Source of the DNA: a virus | Reading direction: 5' to 3' (one strand) | DNA length: 64,000 nucleotides | Virus record (IMG/VR): IMGVR_UViG_3300032893_000013 | Coordinates: 1 to 64,000 of that record | In this document: piece after piece, positions 45,465 to 55,345 of the stretch | Layout of the letters: each line of letters begins with the position of its first letter | How positions within the stretch are numbered: the stretch's first letter is position 1 | Made by a program: the position numbers and the translations under genes | Notes under the pieces: model-generated | What the model saw: only the letters and a program-made list of their open reading frames with translations | Database searches by the model: none | Told to the model about the DNA's origin: nothing

Positions 45465-46361
45465 TTATTTGGAAATCAGTTTCAAAACTTCAGATGACCG
45501 TTTTTTGGTCACGAAGTAGTTACTAAGAGCGTCGCGCTCATTCTTAGTAAGCGCACCGAGCGCGCTTCTATCTCCGGCGATCTTTTTAGCCCGTTTATGG
45601 AACTCTTCGTCGGAAATATTTTCTTGCTCAGTCTTTTTCAGGTCTTTTTCGCCTTTATCGACATAATCGACGCTGCGAATATCGGTAACCGCCTTAGTAA
45701 CGGGACGGTTGACCATTTTTTCCATCAAATCTGTCAAAGTGCCAACGGCCTTTTCAAGATTCTTGGCATTCTCTTCGGACTTTGAAAGTTTTTCTTTCAT
45801 AGCGTCCATCTCTTTTTTATACATGGCCGAAGACTCTTCCGATTTCATAGCGGAAGAAGCAGCGGGAGATGGCGAAGGAGAAGCGGCTGGCGCAGATTCC
45901 ATCGGAGCAGGAGCGGCAGACTTGCTGCGGGCTTCCATTTCCATTTGAACACACTGCATCAACTCATGGAGCATTTCATCATCAAGACCATGAACCATCG
46001 ACTCAAGCGAATCGCCTGCGTCAGCTTCAGGGCTGGCTTGTGCCGAAGGATCGGCAGGAGCCGGAGAAGACGAAGCCGAGGCTTCCGGAGTCGGGCTTTC
46101 AAAACCCGAACCTTCATCCTTTTTCATGGATGATTCTTCTTTCTTCATGGAAGACTCTTCTTTTTTCATCGAGGATTCTTCCTTTTTCATGGAACTTTCT
46201 TCTTTTTTCATTGAAGACTCTTCTTTTTTCATCGAAGACTCCTCATTCTTCTTGAGGCTATCAAGTCGAGCTTGCTCAGACTTAATAAGCTCGTCAACCT
46301 CACCGGCAACTTCTTTCAAAATTGCGTTCAGATCGACATTTTGTTCTTGAACCTGACTCAT
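45465..46361 (-). CDS. Scaffold protein
   Basis: Charged coiled-coil and low-complexity segments, many hydrophobic-x-K sites, upstream of capsid. Confidence 0.75.
   Translation of the reverse strand: MSQVQEQNVDLNAILKEVAGEVDELIKSEQARLDSLKKNEESSMKKEESSMKKEESSMKKEESSMKKEESSMKKEESSMKKDEGSGFESPTPEASASSSPAPADPSAQASPEADAGDSLESMVHGLDDEMLHELMQCVQMEMEARSKSAAPAPMESAPAASPSPSPAASSAMKSEESSAMYKKEMDAMKEKLSKSEENAKNLEKAVGTLTDLMEKMVNRPVTKAVTDIRSVDYVDKGEKDLKKTEQENISDEEFHKRAKKIAGDRSALGALTKNERDALSNYFVTKKRSSEVLKLISK
46113..46255 (-). repeat. 21-bp coding repeat (MKKEESS x5 plus flanking variants)
   Basis: Identical peptide units with synonymous codon variation. Confidence 0.9.
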
Positions 46362-46384
46362 GGCGGTTTCCTTTATGGTCTTTA

Positions 46385-46858
46385 TTATTGACCAGACAGA
46401 GGCCAGTAGAGATCCGGGGCAATGCTTTGGTTCAGAGTAGAGCCAGAAACAGATCCGTCAGTTTGAAATTGCGAGAGAGCGGGAACGGTTCCGTTTGCGT
46501 TAAGATAACGCTCTTGCTTCACGCCAGGGCGAGCAAGTTCCATGTCAATTTTTACACGGTTCAAAAGAGTCAAGAGAGAAACGCCAGAGATGGTGGAGGC
46601 TTCTTCGATGACTTGGAATTTCATCGGGCTGTAGGTGCGTTGCGGATTTCCGATGACATCGCTGAATTGTTGATCTTGGCCGATGGCGCGGATCGCAATG
46701 TTTTGTTCACCAGCGACTGCGGGAGAATGCTGAGAAATCAAAAGCTGAGCGCCTTGACTATCTTGCGAAGTCGTGAAAAAATACGAAGAACCAAGTCTGA
46801 GAGTCAGATGGTCCTGAAGGACTCGCATCAGGTTTTGTGATTTAGCAATGATCGACAT
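46385..46858 (-). CDS. Virion structural protein
   Basis: AAGGAG RBS; head operon. Confidence 0.7.
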   Translation of the reverse strand: MSIIAKSQNLMRVLQDHLTLRLGSSYFFTTSQDSQGAQLLISQHSPAVAGEQNIAIRAIGQDQQFSDVIGNPQRTYSPMKFQVIEEASTISGVSLLTLLNRVKIDMELARPGVKQERYLNANGTVPALSQFQTDGSVSGSTLNQSIAPDLYWPLSGQ

Positions 46859-46908
46859 TTTAGCTCCTTTTATTGAAAACAGCTATTTTCAGCGGACAAT
46901 ACAGATTA

Positions 46909-46933
46909 TTAGGCTTTTTTCCTAACCGTGCGA
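46909..46933 (-). promoter_or_regulatory. Late-promoter-like motif variant
   Basis: TCG-cacgg-TTA-ggaaa-AAAGCCTAA. Confidence 0.5.
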
Positions 46934-46959
46934 AAATAGGTAATATTTTCGTTTCAAAT

Positions 46960-47970
46960 TTAGTGTTTTGCCTTACCCGTCATCTCGTCGTAAAGACGCT
47001 TGGTTAGGTCTACGTTGCCTTCGTGCATCCGCTTTCTGATTGCCGATTCAATTTTTCCGGCATCTTCGTCGGTTACACCAGGAACGAGTGTTTTTATGAG
47101 ATCCTTACTGGGAGATTTTTTCCCCATCAGCTTTATCAGCTTGTCGAGTTGCGGCATTTTGCCGGAACGCGCCATTGGTTTGCTGAAGGACTCTTTCTGG
47201 AGGGCACTTCCTCCCGACAACGCGCCAGGAGCAGCAGACGGTGAGCCTGCTTCCAGAGCTTTCCGCAAATTTGACAGCGCATCGCGTAAGCCGAAATCAT
47301 TGATAACATTCGGCATTACCGTATTTATGTGTTGCATAGACACGGATTTTCGTAGTGGTTCCAGCCCACCGGCATAAGTCGCTTTGGACATCGACTTGGA
47401 GACTTGCGGTGCGGAAGTATCCGCTACAATATCCACAGTTGCTGCTTTATTCGCTGGCTTCATTGTCAAAGCCATTTTTCTGATTACTGTTTTTTTGAGG
47501 AAGTTTCCCTGTCTCTCAAGGGTAGCGCCTTCCACAGAAAGTCCGAGTTGCGGGCCTTCCTGAGATTTACTGAACATGCGCGCAATCGAGGCGGCGGCGC
47601 GGGCATTGTCGTGGGCTTCGGGACCATCCCAGATTTCGACAGAACCGTAAATCATTGGTTTTCTGAATTCATTCCAAGCAGTTAGCTCACGGTCAGACTT
47701 GCAATCGTCGGGCGAAAAGATTTTTTTCGCGTTCACAACGCGGCCAACTACGGCATTGAAGCCCTTGAAATCGTCTTTGGTTTGACCGTCGCGCTTGTGC
47801 ATCTCTTCATCTTCAGCATCTTCGGGATTGATGTGCTCAGTGTTGAGCGTCGCTTTTCCCGACTGAAGATCAGAAATGTCCGCACCCTCGACCGACAGGA
47901 CTTCGCCCGACGTATCTGGGGTTTCAACAGAAAAGATTCCTTCAAGTATGAGATTTTTGCTCAGTTTCAT
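46960..47970 (-). CDS. Prohead protease (HK97/U35-like fold)
   Basis: EGIFS..D-x-SGE, LNTEH, VVG, LGLSVEG, ALT-x-KPAN. Confidence 0.85.
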   Translation of the reverse strand: MKLSKNLILEGIFSVETPDTSGEVLSVEGADISDLQSGKATLNTEHINPEDAEDEEMHKRDGQTKDDFKGFNAVVGRVVNAKKIFSPDDCKSDRELTAWNEFRKPMIYGSVEIWDGPEAHDNARAAASIARMFSKSQEGPQLGLSVEGATLERQGNFLKKTVIRKMALTMKPANKAATVDIVADTSAPQVSKSMSKATYAGGLEPLRKSVSMQHINTVMPNVINDFGLRDALSNLRKALEAGSPSAAPGALSGGSALQKESFSKPMARSGKMPQLDKLIKLMGKKSPSKDLIKTLVPGVTDEDAGKIESAIRKRMHEGNVDLTKRLYDEMTGKAKH

Positions 47971-47980
47971 ATATTCAATA

Positions 47981-48006
47981 TTAGGATTTTTAGGTTAAGC
48001 CTGCGA
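47981..48006 (-). promoter_or_regulatory. Late-promoter-like motif variant
   Basis: TCG-caggc-TTA-N6-AAATCCTAA. Confidence 0.55.
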
Positions 48007-48184
48007 ATTCATTGAAAAACTTTCAAATCGTTATCATTTTTATACCGATCAGACTACTTTCTATAACACTTCGGCGACAACTTATGGATTTTCCTTATTA
48101 TTCTCATAATTAGAAGGCCGAAAAAATCTTTTGCAAACCCCGACAGCACTGTGATAACTTGAAATTGTTACAAGGAGGGGAAAG

Positions 48185-48565
48185 GTGACCGTTGATTATC
48201 GCCTAGTGGACATTTTCGTTCGAGTCTGGAACCGCAATCATCGTTCTTGGTTTGGTGGAGAAGGATTGGTCGCAGAAAATATCAACTGGGGATGGTGCTA
48301 CCAATTCGCCCTTGTGATTCATGGAGTTTATGGCGGCGAACTCATCTCTTCGTGCGGTCACGCATGGGTACGGATTGGAGAATGGGATTATGACAGCGAG
48401 CACCTGAGCGGCGGCGACATCTATTCGTATGGACGATCCGTTTATGACCGCGATCAATTCATCTCATACTGGAACAACGGCGGCGGAAGCGGCCCGGTTT
48501 GTGAAACGACGATTGCAGAAACAATTCAGGAGTTTATGAAGCTGAAGCAGAATGAGGCGGCTTAA
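48185..48565 (+). CDS. Hypothetical protein (possible papain/transglutaminase-like C..H..D pattern)
   Basis: INWGWC..GHAWV..YD; AAGGAGG RBS; TTGCAA promoter-like site at 48131. Confidence 0.6.
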   Translation: MTVDYRLVDIFVRVWNRNHRSWFGGEGLVAENINWGWCYQFALVIHGVYGGELISSCGHAWVRIGEWDYDSEHLSGGDIYSYGRSVYDRDQFISYWNNGGGSGPVCETTIAETIQEFMKLKQNEAA

Positions 48566-48619
48566 AGAATTTTTTTGCAAATTCTACAATAGTGCGAGAT
48601 ACTGGGTTTGGAGGTAATT

Positions 48620-48958
48620 ATGGGAATCAAACGAGTGCTCTATAAAGGTTTCGAGATTCTCGTTGGCGCCAGCTACACCAAGGTCATCCCTGACGAAGAC
48701 AAAAAACTCGTCTACGAAGTCGCCAATCAAGTGGAAGCTGAGCAGTTCGTGGACCAATTTCGAGACGAAGCCGGAACCCATCCGATCAACTGCGAATTTT
48801 GCGGCGCCGTGCCGGAACGTTCCGAACTCAACACAACGCACTGGAAGGATGATAAGCCGATCACGTTCGTAATCCATGAATGCCAAAAAAAGGACTGCCG
48901 CAACGCCCGCGACTATTATTTCGATTTGGGCAAAGCGATGGCCAAGGGAGAAATATGA
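48620..48958 (+). CDS. Hypothetical Zn-binding protein
   Basis: CEFC..C-x4-C; GGAGG RBS; TTGCAA-N17-GATACT upstream. Confidence 0.65.
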   Translation: MGIKRVLYKGFEILVGASYTKVIPDEDKKLVYEVANQVEAEQFVDQFRDEAGTHPINCEFCGAVPERSELNTTHWKDDKPITFVIHECQKKDCRNARDYYFDLGKAMAKGEI

Positions 48959-49380
48959 GAATCGCAACTAAAGCTCAAAAATTGAAGCTCAACATAATCA
49001 TGTCCCGCGACTCTTCGGGAATGTGGAGTATGACCATCGAGGACAGCGTTGCTGGACTCATCATCGTTTCTGCGAAAATGAACGACGAACAATTCTCGGA
49101 TTTCATGTCGCACCGATACGCCAAAATTGATGGCGAGCATTACGCCAATCCAAACATCGGGAAGAAAATGGTGACAAAGTGGTACGACGTGAATCTGGAA
49201 AAGCTCAAGCCGATCTTTGAAAATTACGACGATGCCTCACGCGCCCGCGACATGAAACACATCTTCGATCTGGCCGAACAGGAGAATCCTGGATTCAAAG
49301 CCGACCGCGAATCTTACAACAGCCATCGCAACAATCGCGGCTACTATCAAGTCACACTCAGGAAGTGGGAAGACGTATGA
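48955..49380 (+). CDS. Hypothetical protein
   Basis: ATGA overlaps at both ends. Confidence 0.65.
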   Translation: MRIATKAQKLKLNIIMSRDSSGMWSMTIEDSVAGLIIVSAKMNDEQFSDFMSHRYAKIDGEHYANPNIGKKMVTKWYDVNLEKLKPIFENYDDASRARDMKHIFDLAEQENPGFKADRESYNSHRNNRGYYQVTLRKWEDV

Positions 49381-49664
49381 GTTGTCAACTGATGCTCTTG
49401 AAAAATGGAATGTGGTCAGCGCGCTCGAAAAAAACACGTTATTTCAAGGGGCCGGACGGAAGTATTTCTTCAGCGCCGGATTTCGTGGAATTTTTTCAGA
49501 ACCAAACATTAGACCGCTGTGCGGAATTTCTTGCCCAGCGCGGAGTCGATCCGGATGAAGTCGAGGAAGCCGTTGTGTGTATGCTGAAAAACGATCACAA
49601 TATTGCAGAATTTGGGATTCAGGGAAGATTCGTATTCAGTAAATACGAAGGAGTGGTTCACTAA
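49377..49664 (+). CDS. Hypothetical protein
   Basis: ATGA overlap. Confidence 0.6.
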   Translation: MSCQLMLLKNGMWSARSKKTRYFKGPDGSISSAPDFVEFFQNQTLDRCAEFLAQRGVDPDEVEEAVVCMLKNDHNIAEFGIQGRFVFSKYEGVVH

Positions 49665-50470
49665 GCGCGTTGCTTAGCGTACTCGTCGTGGCCGGGGCCG
49701 ACATAGATGATTCGGCCTTGATCTGAAAATCCGAAGCCAGGCATCAAAACTGTTAGAATGTCGCGACAATTGACATGCGTTGGAGAAACGGACGGTTCGG
49801 GATTTTTCCAATGGCCGGGCGATCCTGAAAGTTCGCTCAATTTATACAGGCGCGGAGTCACTTTGTCGGGCATGGTCCATAGGCGCCAGCAATAGGGACA
49901 GCGGTGATCGTCCAAAACTCCCAGCTTGAAAACCACAGGATCATCAATCCCAACAGCTTTCGAGACTCCGATGATGCCATCTAAGGCGCCGACATTCTGA
50001 GCATTGTGAAGTTCATGGTTAACTAAAGTGTCAACTGCCTTATCCATGCGCTCTTTTTGCTTGAACAATTCGGATTCGATTTGATCCATGATAGTCGTTC
50101 CCGTTTGGGATCGAACTAAATCTTCAACGCTTTTGCCTTCGCGCTTTGCCTGAAGAAGCAAGTTGTCATATTTTTCGCCAATGATTCGAGTCACATCGGC
50201 AATCGACTTTTTTTCGAGTGAGTCGATGTAATATTCGGCGACTTTTTGCACCTTTTGAATGGTCGCCTGATCGACGCTTTCAGAAGTCGGAGAATTCAGG
50301 GAGTTGGCCGCCAAATAATTGGAAGCCAAAGTAGTCTGAGGATCAAATGTCCTGTAAGAAAAGACGATGGATTTCGGGACAGATTGCGGACCTAAAAGAT
50401 TGATTCGCAAAGCGCCGAATGCTTTGGTGACGTACTCTTCAATGATTTTGTGAATGGCTGGAGTAAGCAT
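49661..50470 (-). CDS. Mu gpF/SPP1 gp7-like minor head protein
   Basis: After portal; D..CPYC...P-x-H-x-NCR. Confidence 0.75.
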   Translation of the reverse strand: MLTPAIHKIIEEYVTKAFGALRINLLGPQSVPKSIVFSYRTFDPQTTLASNYLAANSLNSPTSESVDQATIQKVQKVAEYYIDSLEKKSIADVTRIIGEKYDNLLLQAKREGKSVEDLVRSQTGTTIMDQIESELFKQKERMDKAVDTLVNHELHNAQNVGALDGIIGVSKAVGIDDPVVFKLGVLDDHRCPYCWRLWTMPDKVTPRLYKLSELSGSPGHWKNPEPSVSPTHVNCRDILTVLMPGFGFSDQGRIIYVGPGHDEYAKQRA

Positions 50471-52440
50471 TAGTGTTCATGCTCATCTTTCTTGCCTTCC
50501 AAAGATGCCATGATTGAATTCATGAGATCCTTGGACTCTTTGGAGAAGGCATCCATGATTTTCTTGCGAGAAATTTTATGGCGCTTCAACAATTCTTTAC
50601 GGGCCATCGGAAGAGCTTTTTCCGACTTGCCGAGAGCTTCGCCGAGTTGGGCCATTGCGCTGTCGAGATCCTGACCGCCGCTCAATTCCTGAGCCGCCTG
50701 CGATTGTGCATTTTGCTGCTGACCGCCGCCGCCTTGACCTTGCTGGACGCCCATTTGCATTTGCTTGAAGCTGAACCAAGCCTGATCGCCCATGTAGTAT
50801 GCCAAATCCGGATCTTTGTCCGCATTGGCGAATTCTTTTCCGCCAAAAGCCTTCAGGATCTGACCTTTGGTGAAATATTTCTCAATGACTTGCAAATATG
50901 CAGCATTCAATGGGAAGTCGCCGCCGAGAGGAACGTCTTTCTTTTCGACGCGCTCCATGATGTCGTTCATTGTCAGGAACAACGCTGAGTCTTGTTGCAG
51001 GCGGGTAGCTTCTTTTTCAGGACTGTCGGCGTCCAAACCTTCAAGGTTGATCTGAACGAGTTTTGCCCATTCCGGATTGATCTTGGGAAGTAGGCGAGTA
51101 TTAAGGAAATCTTCAATGCTCAAAAGAAGTGGGCGCAAACCGATGTCTCGGGCGGCCATCAACTTCCATTCATTGTTACTTTCAGACATGGACTGGCTAT
51201 TCGTGCCGCGAGAAAGGTACGAAAGAGCAGCAACTTCGTCCGGCGACATTTGGTAGGCGGCGAAGATCATCCGCTTGTTCAAATCTGCCAGGTATTGGAA
51301 TTCCATGTCGCGCTGAGTTGGATCAAGCTGAACGACATCAACCGCATCGTCTTTGCCCATGCCGAAAACCGGCATACGGAACGCGGCGTTTGCCGAATTG
51401 ATGTGGGCCATCATCTGCGACTTAATAGCCGTGATGTCATCTTCTTCAAGATTTTCAGACTTGAACACCAACATATTGCGCGTTGCGCGACCGTTGATGA
51501 AATACATCTTGTTGTGAGTGGTCAAGTTCAAATGCGTGGTGATCGAACTCAACATCCGTTCGATTGGCGAAACGGGATAGCCTGAACGCAGAATGTCGGT
51601 CGAAGGAGTATTCGTCCAATAAAGAAGTTCATCGTCAGTGAAAATTTGGCGAGGAATTTCTTCGATTACCTGAACGTATGTGTACTCATCGTCTTTGAAT
51701 CTGGTGATGTCAACTTCAAGACCTTGGAGTTGTTCAAGAACTTTTTGAGCGGCGATGCGGATATTCTCGGCTTCTTGGCCTTGGCCGCGCTGTGGAGTCG
51801 TGAAGTAAATGGTCCCTGCATCAATTGCGCGGAAACTATGGAACTTGCCGAGTTGATTTTTACGAACCTCGACCGAGAACGCGCCGAAGGTCAGCAAGTC
51901 TTCAATGATTTCAACGAAAGTCTGACTGAAATTGCGTTTTTCTTTGTCAGTTACTCCCTCATTGGTGCCGCAATTCAAAAGAATGTTGCGCAACTGAGGA
52001 ATGATTTCCTGCTTGATTTTCTCTTGCTCTGCCTCACTGTACTTTTCGATGATCTGAGGCAGAAGGTTGACTGTGAATCCAACGTCGAAACGATTGGCGC
52101 GAGGACGCGCAAACAAAGATCCTTGCTTTGCACGGATCGGAATGATGACGCCGCCGATCAATTCTTCGGTATCACGAATCCGCTTGAGGATTACGGGAGG
52201 AACCTGATTGGTTCTTCGGCGATAGACGGATGAATAAACCTGATCGGTTTTGATTGGATCGACTTCAAAAGCCAACTTGACGGCTTTAGAGTTTTGATCC
52301 TTCTTGAACTTCGTGAGAATCTCAAAAAGTTCTTTGTTCTCGCTGCCTTCGTCGCCGCCAAGCTCAATGCCAAAGAAACGCTTGTCGTTCACTTTGACAT
52401 TCTTGGGTGTGAGGGCAGCTTTTTGTTCGTTTTCGCTCAT
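50470..52440 (-). CDS. Portal protein
   Basis: D-x-GTI, YP-x-SPIE, N..YF-x-NG, RDMEFQ, YQMSP-x-E, GLRPLL, T-x-ND. Confidence 0.9.
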   Translation of the reverse strand: MSENEQKAALTPKNVKVNDKRFFGIELGGDEGSENKELFEILTKFKKDQNSKAVKLAFEVDPIKTDQVYSSVYRRRTNQVPPVILKRIRDTEELIGGVIIPIRAKQGSLFARPRANRFDVGFTVNLLPQIIEKYSEAEQEKIKQEIIPQLRNILLNCGTNEGVTDKEKRNFSQTFVEIIEDLLTFGAFSVEVRKNQLGKFHSFRAIDAGTIYFTTPQRGQGQEAENIRIAAQKVLEQLQGLEVDITRFKDDEYTYVQVIEEIPRQIFTDDELLYWTNTPSTDILRSGYPVSPIERMLSSITTHLNLTTHNKMYFINGRATRNMLVFKSENLEEDDITAIKSQMMAHINSANAAFRMPVFGMGKDDAVDVVQLDPTQRDMEFQYLADLNKRMIFAAYQMSPDEVAALSYLSRGTNSQSMSESNNEWKLMAARDIGLRPLLLSIEDFLNTRLLPKINPEWAKLVQINLEGLDADSPEKEATRLQQDSALFLTMNDIMERVEKKDVPLGGDFPLNAAYLQVIEKYFTKGQILKAFGGKEFANADKDPDLAYYMGDQAWFSFKQMQMGVQQGQGGGGQQQNAQSQAAQELSGGQDLDSAMAQLGEALGKSEKALPMARKELLKRHKISRKKIMDAFSKESKDLMNSIMASLEGKKDEHEH

Positions 52441-52443
52441 AGA

Positions 52444-53418
52444 TTACTCTGCGCTCGAAACTGTGACCTGAAGAGGTTCCAGACTTAAATTGTTGATTGA
52501 CAGAGAGTAAACGGTTCCTTGCTTCAAGAATACGCCTGGACGCTCCGGATTGTCGGCTTCGACCGGCTCAACGACGTTGTTGTCGCTTACGTCCGAATTG
52601 CATCGAATGCTGCACTTTTGCTGGGCCTGAACCATCACAAATCTTTTGGCCGCGCTGTAAAAAATCAAACCGGAAGTTCCGGGCATGATTCCCGTCTCAA
52701 GCGGAAGTCCATTGGGAGCGGCGACTGCAATTTCAAAATATGTCGGAGTTACCTGAGTCACGTCATAAGTGCCCCAAGTGACCTGGCTGAATCCAGCGGC
52801 GATGATCGCTTTATCGCCAATCTGAATTTGATTGGAGTTTCCGCCGCCATTGCTGTACACGAAAAACTGCGTGAAATCGGCAACGGTTACGGTTTCTGCG
52901 GCGGCATTGAGATTCTGAACTGTCAAAGAATTTGAGGACTTGGCGATGATTGTGAACTGCCCACAGTTTGCCGGATTGAATCCGGAGCCGAGTCCAAGAA
53001 GAAGCTGATCGCCGACAACAACGTTGGTCGTGTCAAGTGCAGTTCCGCCAGTGTTGGTGATCGTCATGAGCGGGCCATTGACCGTGACAGAGAACTGAGA
53101 AGTGTTGTCAACTGCGGGAACACGGTCGGTCCTGAGAACCGGGGCCGTTCCGCCAGAATTCGTGAATCGGTAAACGTTTACGGAAGGATCTGGCTGGCTT
53201 ACGTCAAAAGCGGTCGTACCGTCGATTGCCGTCGTGCGCGTGCCATTGAAAATATTACGCACTTCGCCGGGAGCAATCGTGTAATCATTGGACTTTGGAA
53301 GATTTACGGCATTTCCAAGGAGCTTGATTGTGTAGTCGAAAGCCCGCATCAACGGGTTATTGGACGGTTTGTTGTCCTTATATGCAATTGCGTTGATTTG
53401 AAGGTTCAAAGTACCCAC
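52444..53418 (-). CDS. Virion structural protein with two sheath-insert-like beta domains
   Basis: VGD..N-x-G-x-F-x-I and IGD..WGTY-x-V repeats; after late motif. Confidence 0.65.
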   Translation of the reverse strand: MGTLNLQINAIAYKDNKPSNNPLMRAFDYTIKLLGNAVNLPKSNDYTIAPGEVRNIFNGTRTTAIDGTTAFDVSQPDPSVNVYRFTNSGGTAPVLRTDRVPAVDNTSQFSVTVNGPLMTITNTGGTALDTTNVVVGDQLLLGLGSGFNPANCGQFTIIAKSSNSLTVQNLNAAAETVTVADFTQFFVYSNGGGNSNQIQIGDKAIIAAGFSQVTWGTYDVTQVTPTYFEIAVAAPNGLPLETGIMPGTSGLIFYSAAKRFVMVQAQQKCSIRCNSDVSDNNVVEPVEADNPERPGVFLKQGTVYSLSINNLSLEPLQVTVSSAE

Positions 53419-53449
53419 GGGATTCTCCTAAAAGTCTGATGCCTCAAAA

Positions 53450-53474
53450 TTAAGATTTCAGCATATCTTATTGT
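53450..53474 (-). promoter_or_regulatory. Late-promoter-like motif variant
   Basis: ACA-ataag-ATA-tgctg-AAATCTTAA. Confidence 0.55.
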
Positions 53475-53479
53475 TATCA

Positions 53480-55345
53480 TTAGTCAATTTCCCAAAAAAA
53501 CGTCTTCGATTTGGATGATTTCACGCCGCCCGACGCGCCCTGCACCTTCTGTTCCTGGTTGATTTGTTGCGTCAGCCAGTTGTCATATTGGGCTTGTACT
53601 TTTTTCTTATACTCATCAATCGGCTCTTTCTGTTTCTGGGGATCATTCAGCGGATCGACGCCGGTATTGGCAGTCACAATCGGTTTCGAGCGGTGCCATC
53701 GGTTCTGGGCCGGGTAAGAAAGAGCGTCGTGGGAATCGTCGAATTCCTTGACCGGCTTGTCGGTCAGCTTGCCGGAAGTGTCGTATGCGAAATGGTATTT
53801 TTCAAAGTTGTTGACCAACGAATCCACGCGGCCTTTCAGACCGTAGAGTTTCGTTCCGCCCGCACTTGGGCACATTTTATCGCGTATGAGCGCAATGCCT
53901 TCGGTTGGATTTTTGTTGAAGTCATCGCCAACATTGACAACTTTTGAAATCATCTTGTTCACGGCGGGCGATGCAGTATCTGGATAGAGATGCGTGAAGC
54001 GGTACTTTTCCTTCATTTCCTGAACAATCTGCACACACTCTGGCGGTTCCAGCCCAGATTCCTCATACGAGCACATGATGTAAACGTTGTTGGAAGAGTC
54101 CTCAAAGATCACCACAATCGCAAACGGGTGAGTGTATCCATGGTCAACTCCAGCGTAGCGTTTCACGCCAGCCTTTATCATTTCGCGGATCAAATCATCT
54201 TCTGTAATGTCGAAGCCAGGATCTTTGCCGGAGAAAACTGTGTACATTTCACGCGGAGTCTTCTCAAACTCATTGCGCTTGAATTTTGGATAAACGAGAT
54301 CCTCTGCGGACGGTTGGAGGCTCATGCGCTGAGAAAGAAACCAATCGAAGGGTGAACTTTTGAAGTCGCTGATCGTTGCTTTGACCGGCTTGAGCGTTTT
54401 GCACAGTGATGTTTGTTTTTTCAGATCGCCCGAACAGAGAGCCTTGAGAGGGCAAGTGTAGCATCCTTTTTTGGCCTCTACGCGCTCAAACTTTCCTTTT
54501 TCAAGATCATCGAGCTTCTCATATTCAGCTTCAAGAATGGCTTTGTTCTCAAAAGGATTGACGTACATCGTCAACGGCTCAGTTCCAGAAATCGAATCGG
54601 GGCATCGTTTGGTGTTTTCGAGTGCTGTCCAGAACTTGAAGACGGCGCCTGTTTTGTGACGCTCTTCATACTCAGTCTCGATGATGGTGTAGCGCCCTTT
54701 TCTAGAGGAAATGCCGAATTTCACCCACGGACGGCCAGTGTCTGGCGTGTAAATCGGGATACCCGCAATAGACGGATATGCGGCCAACTTGTTCGGAGCC
54801 AGAGACGCCAACTCGTCAATTGAAACGACAGGTTGGTGAGGCCCTTGGACTGAGGCTTCGGTAATTGGCAAGATTTCCACATCTACTTCATTCCCGGCCA
54901 CAATGAACGTGGTCTTGGAAATCTTCGGAACATCTTTGAGGTAATCAGAAATGTATGGCTTTCCTACAAACTTTTTGAAATACGAATAGGCACGATTAGC
55001 TTGATCTTCCGTTCCTCCAAGGTGAACAATACCTCGCCCAAAATGTAAAGGAAGGAGGACGGCCAGAACAGCAGACGAAAGTGTTTTTTGTGAGCCTCGA
55101 CCGGCAATATAGAATGTTGAGAGCGGCTCATCGGTTTCCTCATTTGCGCAGAATTGGTAAATGTCCCAGACCATATCCAAAGGAGTGCTCGTCGCGTAGC
55201 GCGAAACAATGCAATCTGCCAGATCGACTTGAAGATAGTGCATGAGCCAATACTTCAAGTCTTCCTTGCGATTGAATCTCTGGCGGACCAGAGCTTTGCT
55301 AAATTCGTGACGCTCTTGAGGCGTCAGTTCGTTTATGTCACTCAT
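53480..55345 (-). CDS. Terminase large subunit
   Basis: AGRGSQKT Walker A, VVSIDE Walker B, GVDHGYTHP and DDSHDAL nuclease motifs. Confidence 0.9.
   Translation of the reverse strand: MSDINELTPQERHEFSKALVRQRFNRKEDLKYWLMHYLQVDLADCIVSRYATSTPLDMVWDIYQFCANEETDEPLSTFYIAGRGSQKTLSSAVLAVLLPLHFGRGIVHLGGTEDQANRAYSYFKKFVGKPYISDYLKDVPKISKTTFIVAGNEVDVEILPITEASVQGPHQPVVSIDELASLAPNKLAAYPSIAGIPIYTPDTGRPWVKFGISSRKGRYTIIETEYEERHKTGAVFKFWTALENTKRCPDSISGTEPLTMYVNPFENKAILEAEYEKLDDLEKGKFERVEAKKGCYTCPLKALCSGDLKKQTSLCKTLKPVKATISDFKSSPFDWFLSQRMSLQPSAEDLVYPKFKRNEFEKTPREMYTVFSGKDPGFDITEDDLIREMIKAGVKRYAGVDHGYTHPFAIVVIFEDSSNNVYIMCSYEESGLEPPECVQIVQEMKEKYRFTHLYPDTASPAVNKMISKVVNVGDDFNKNPTEGIALIRDKMCPSAGGTKLYGLKGRVDSLVNNFEKYHFAYDTSGKLTDKPVKEFDDSHDALSYPAQNRWHRSKPIVTANTGVDPLNDPQKQKEPIDEYKKKVQAQYDNWLTQQINQEQKVQGASGGVKSSKSKTFFWEID

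Noticed and set aside
41787-46255. Tandem repeats as CRISPR arrays
   Set aside because: In-frame coding repeats without unique spacers; no cas genes in the window
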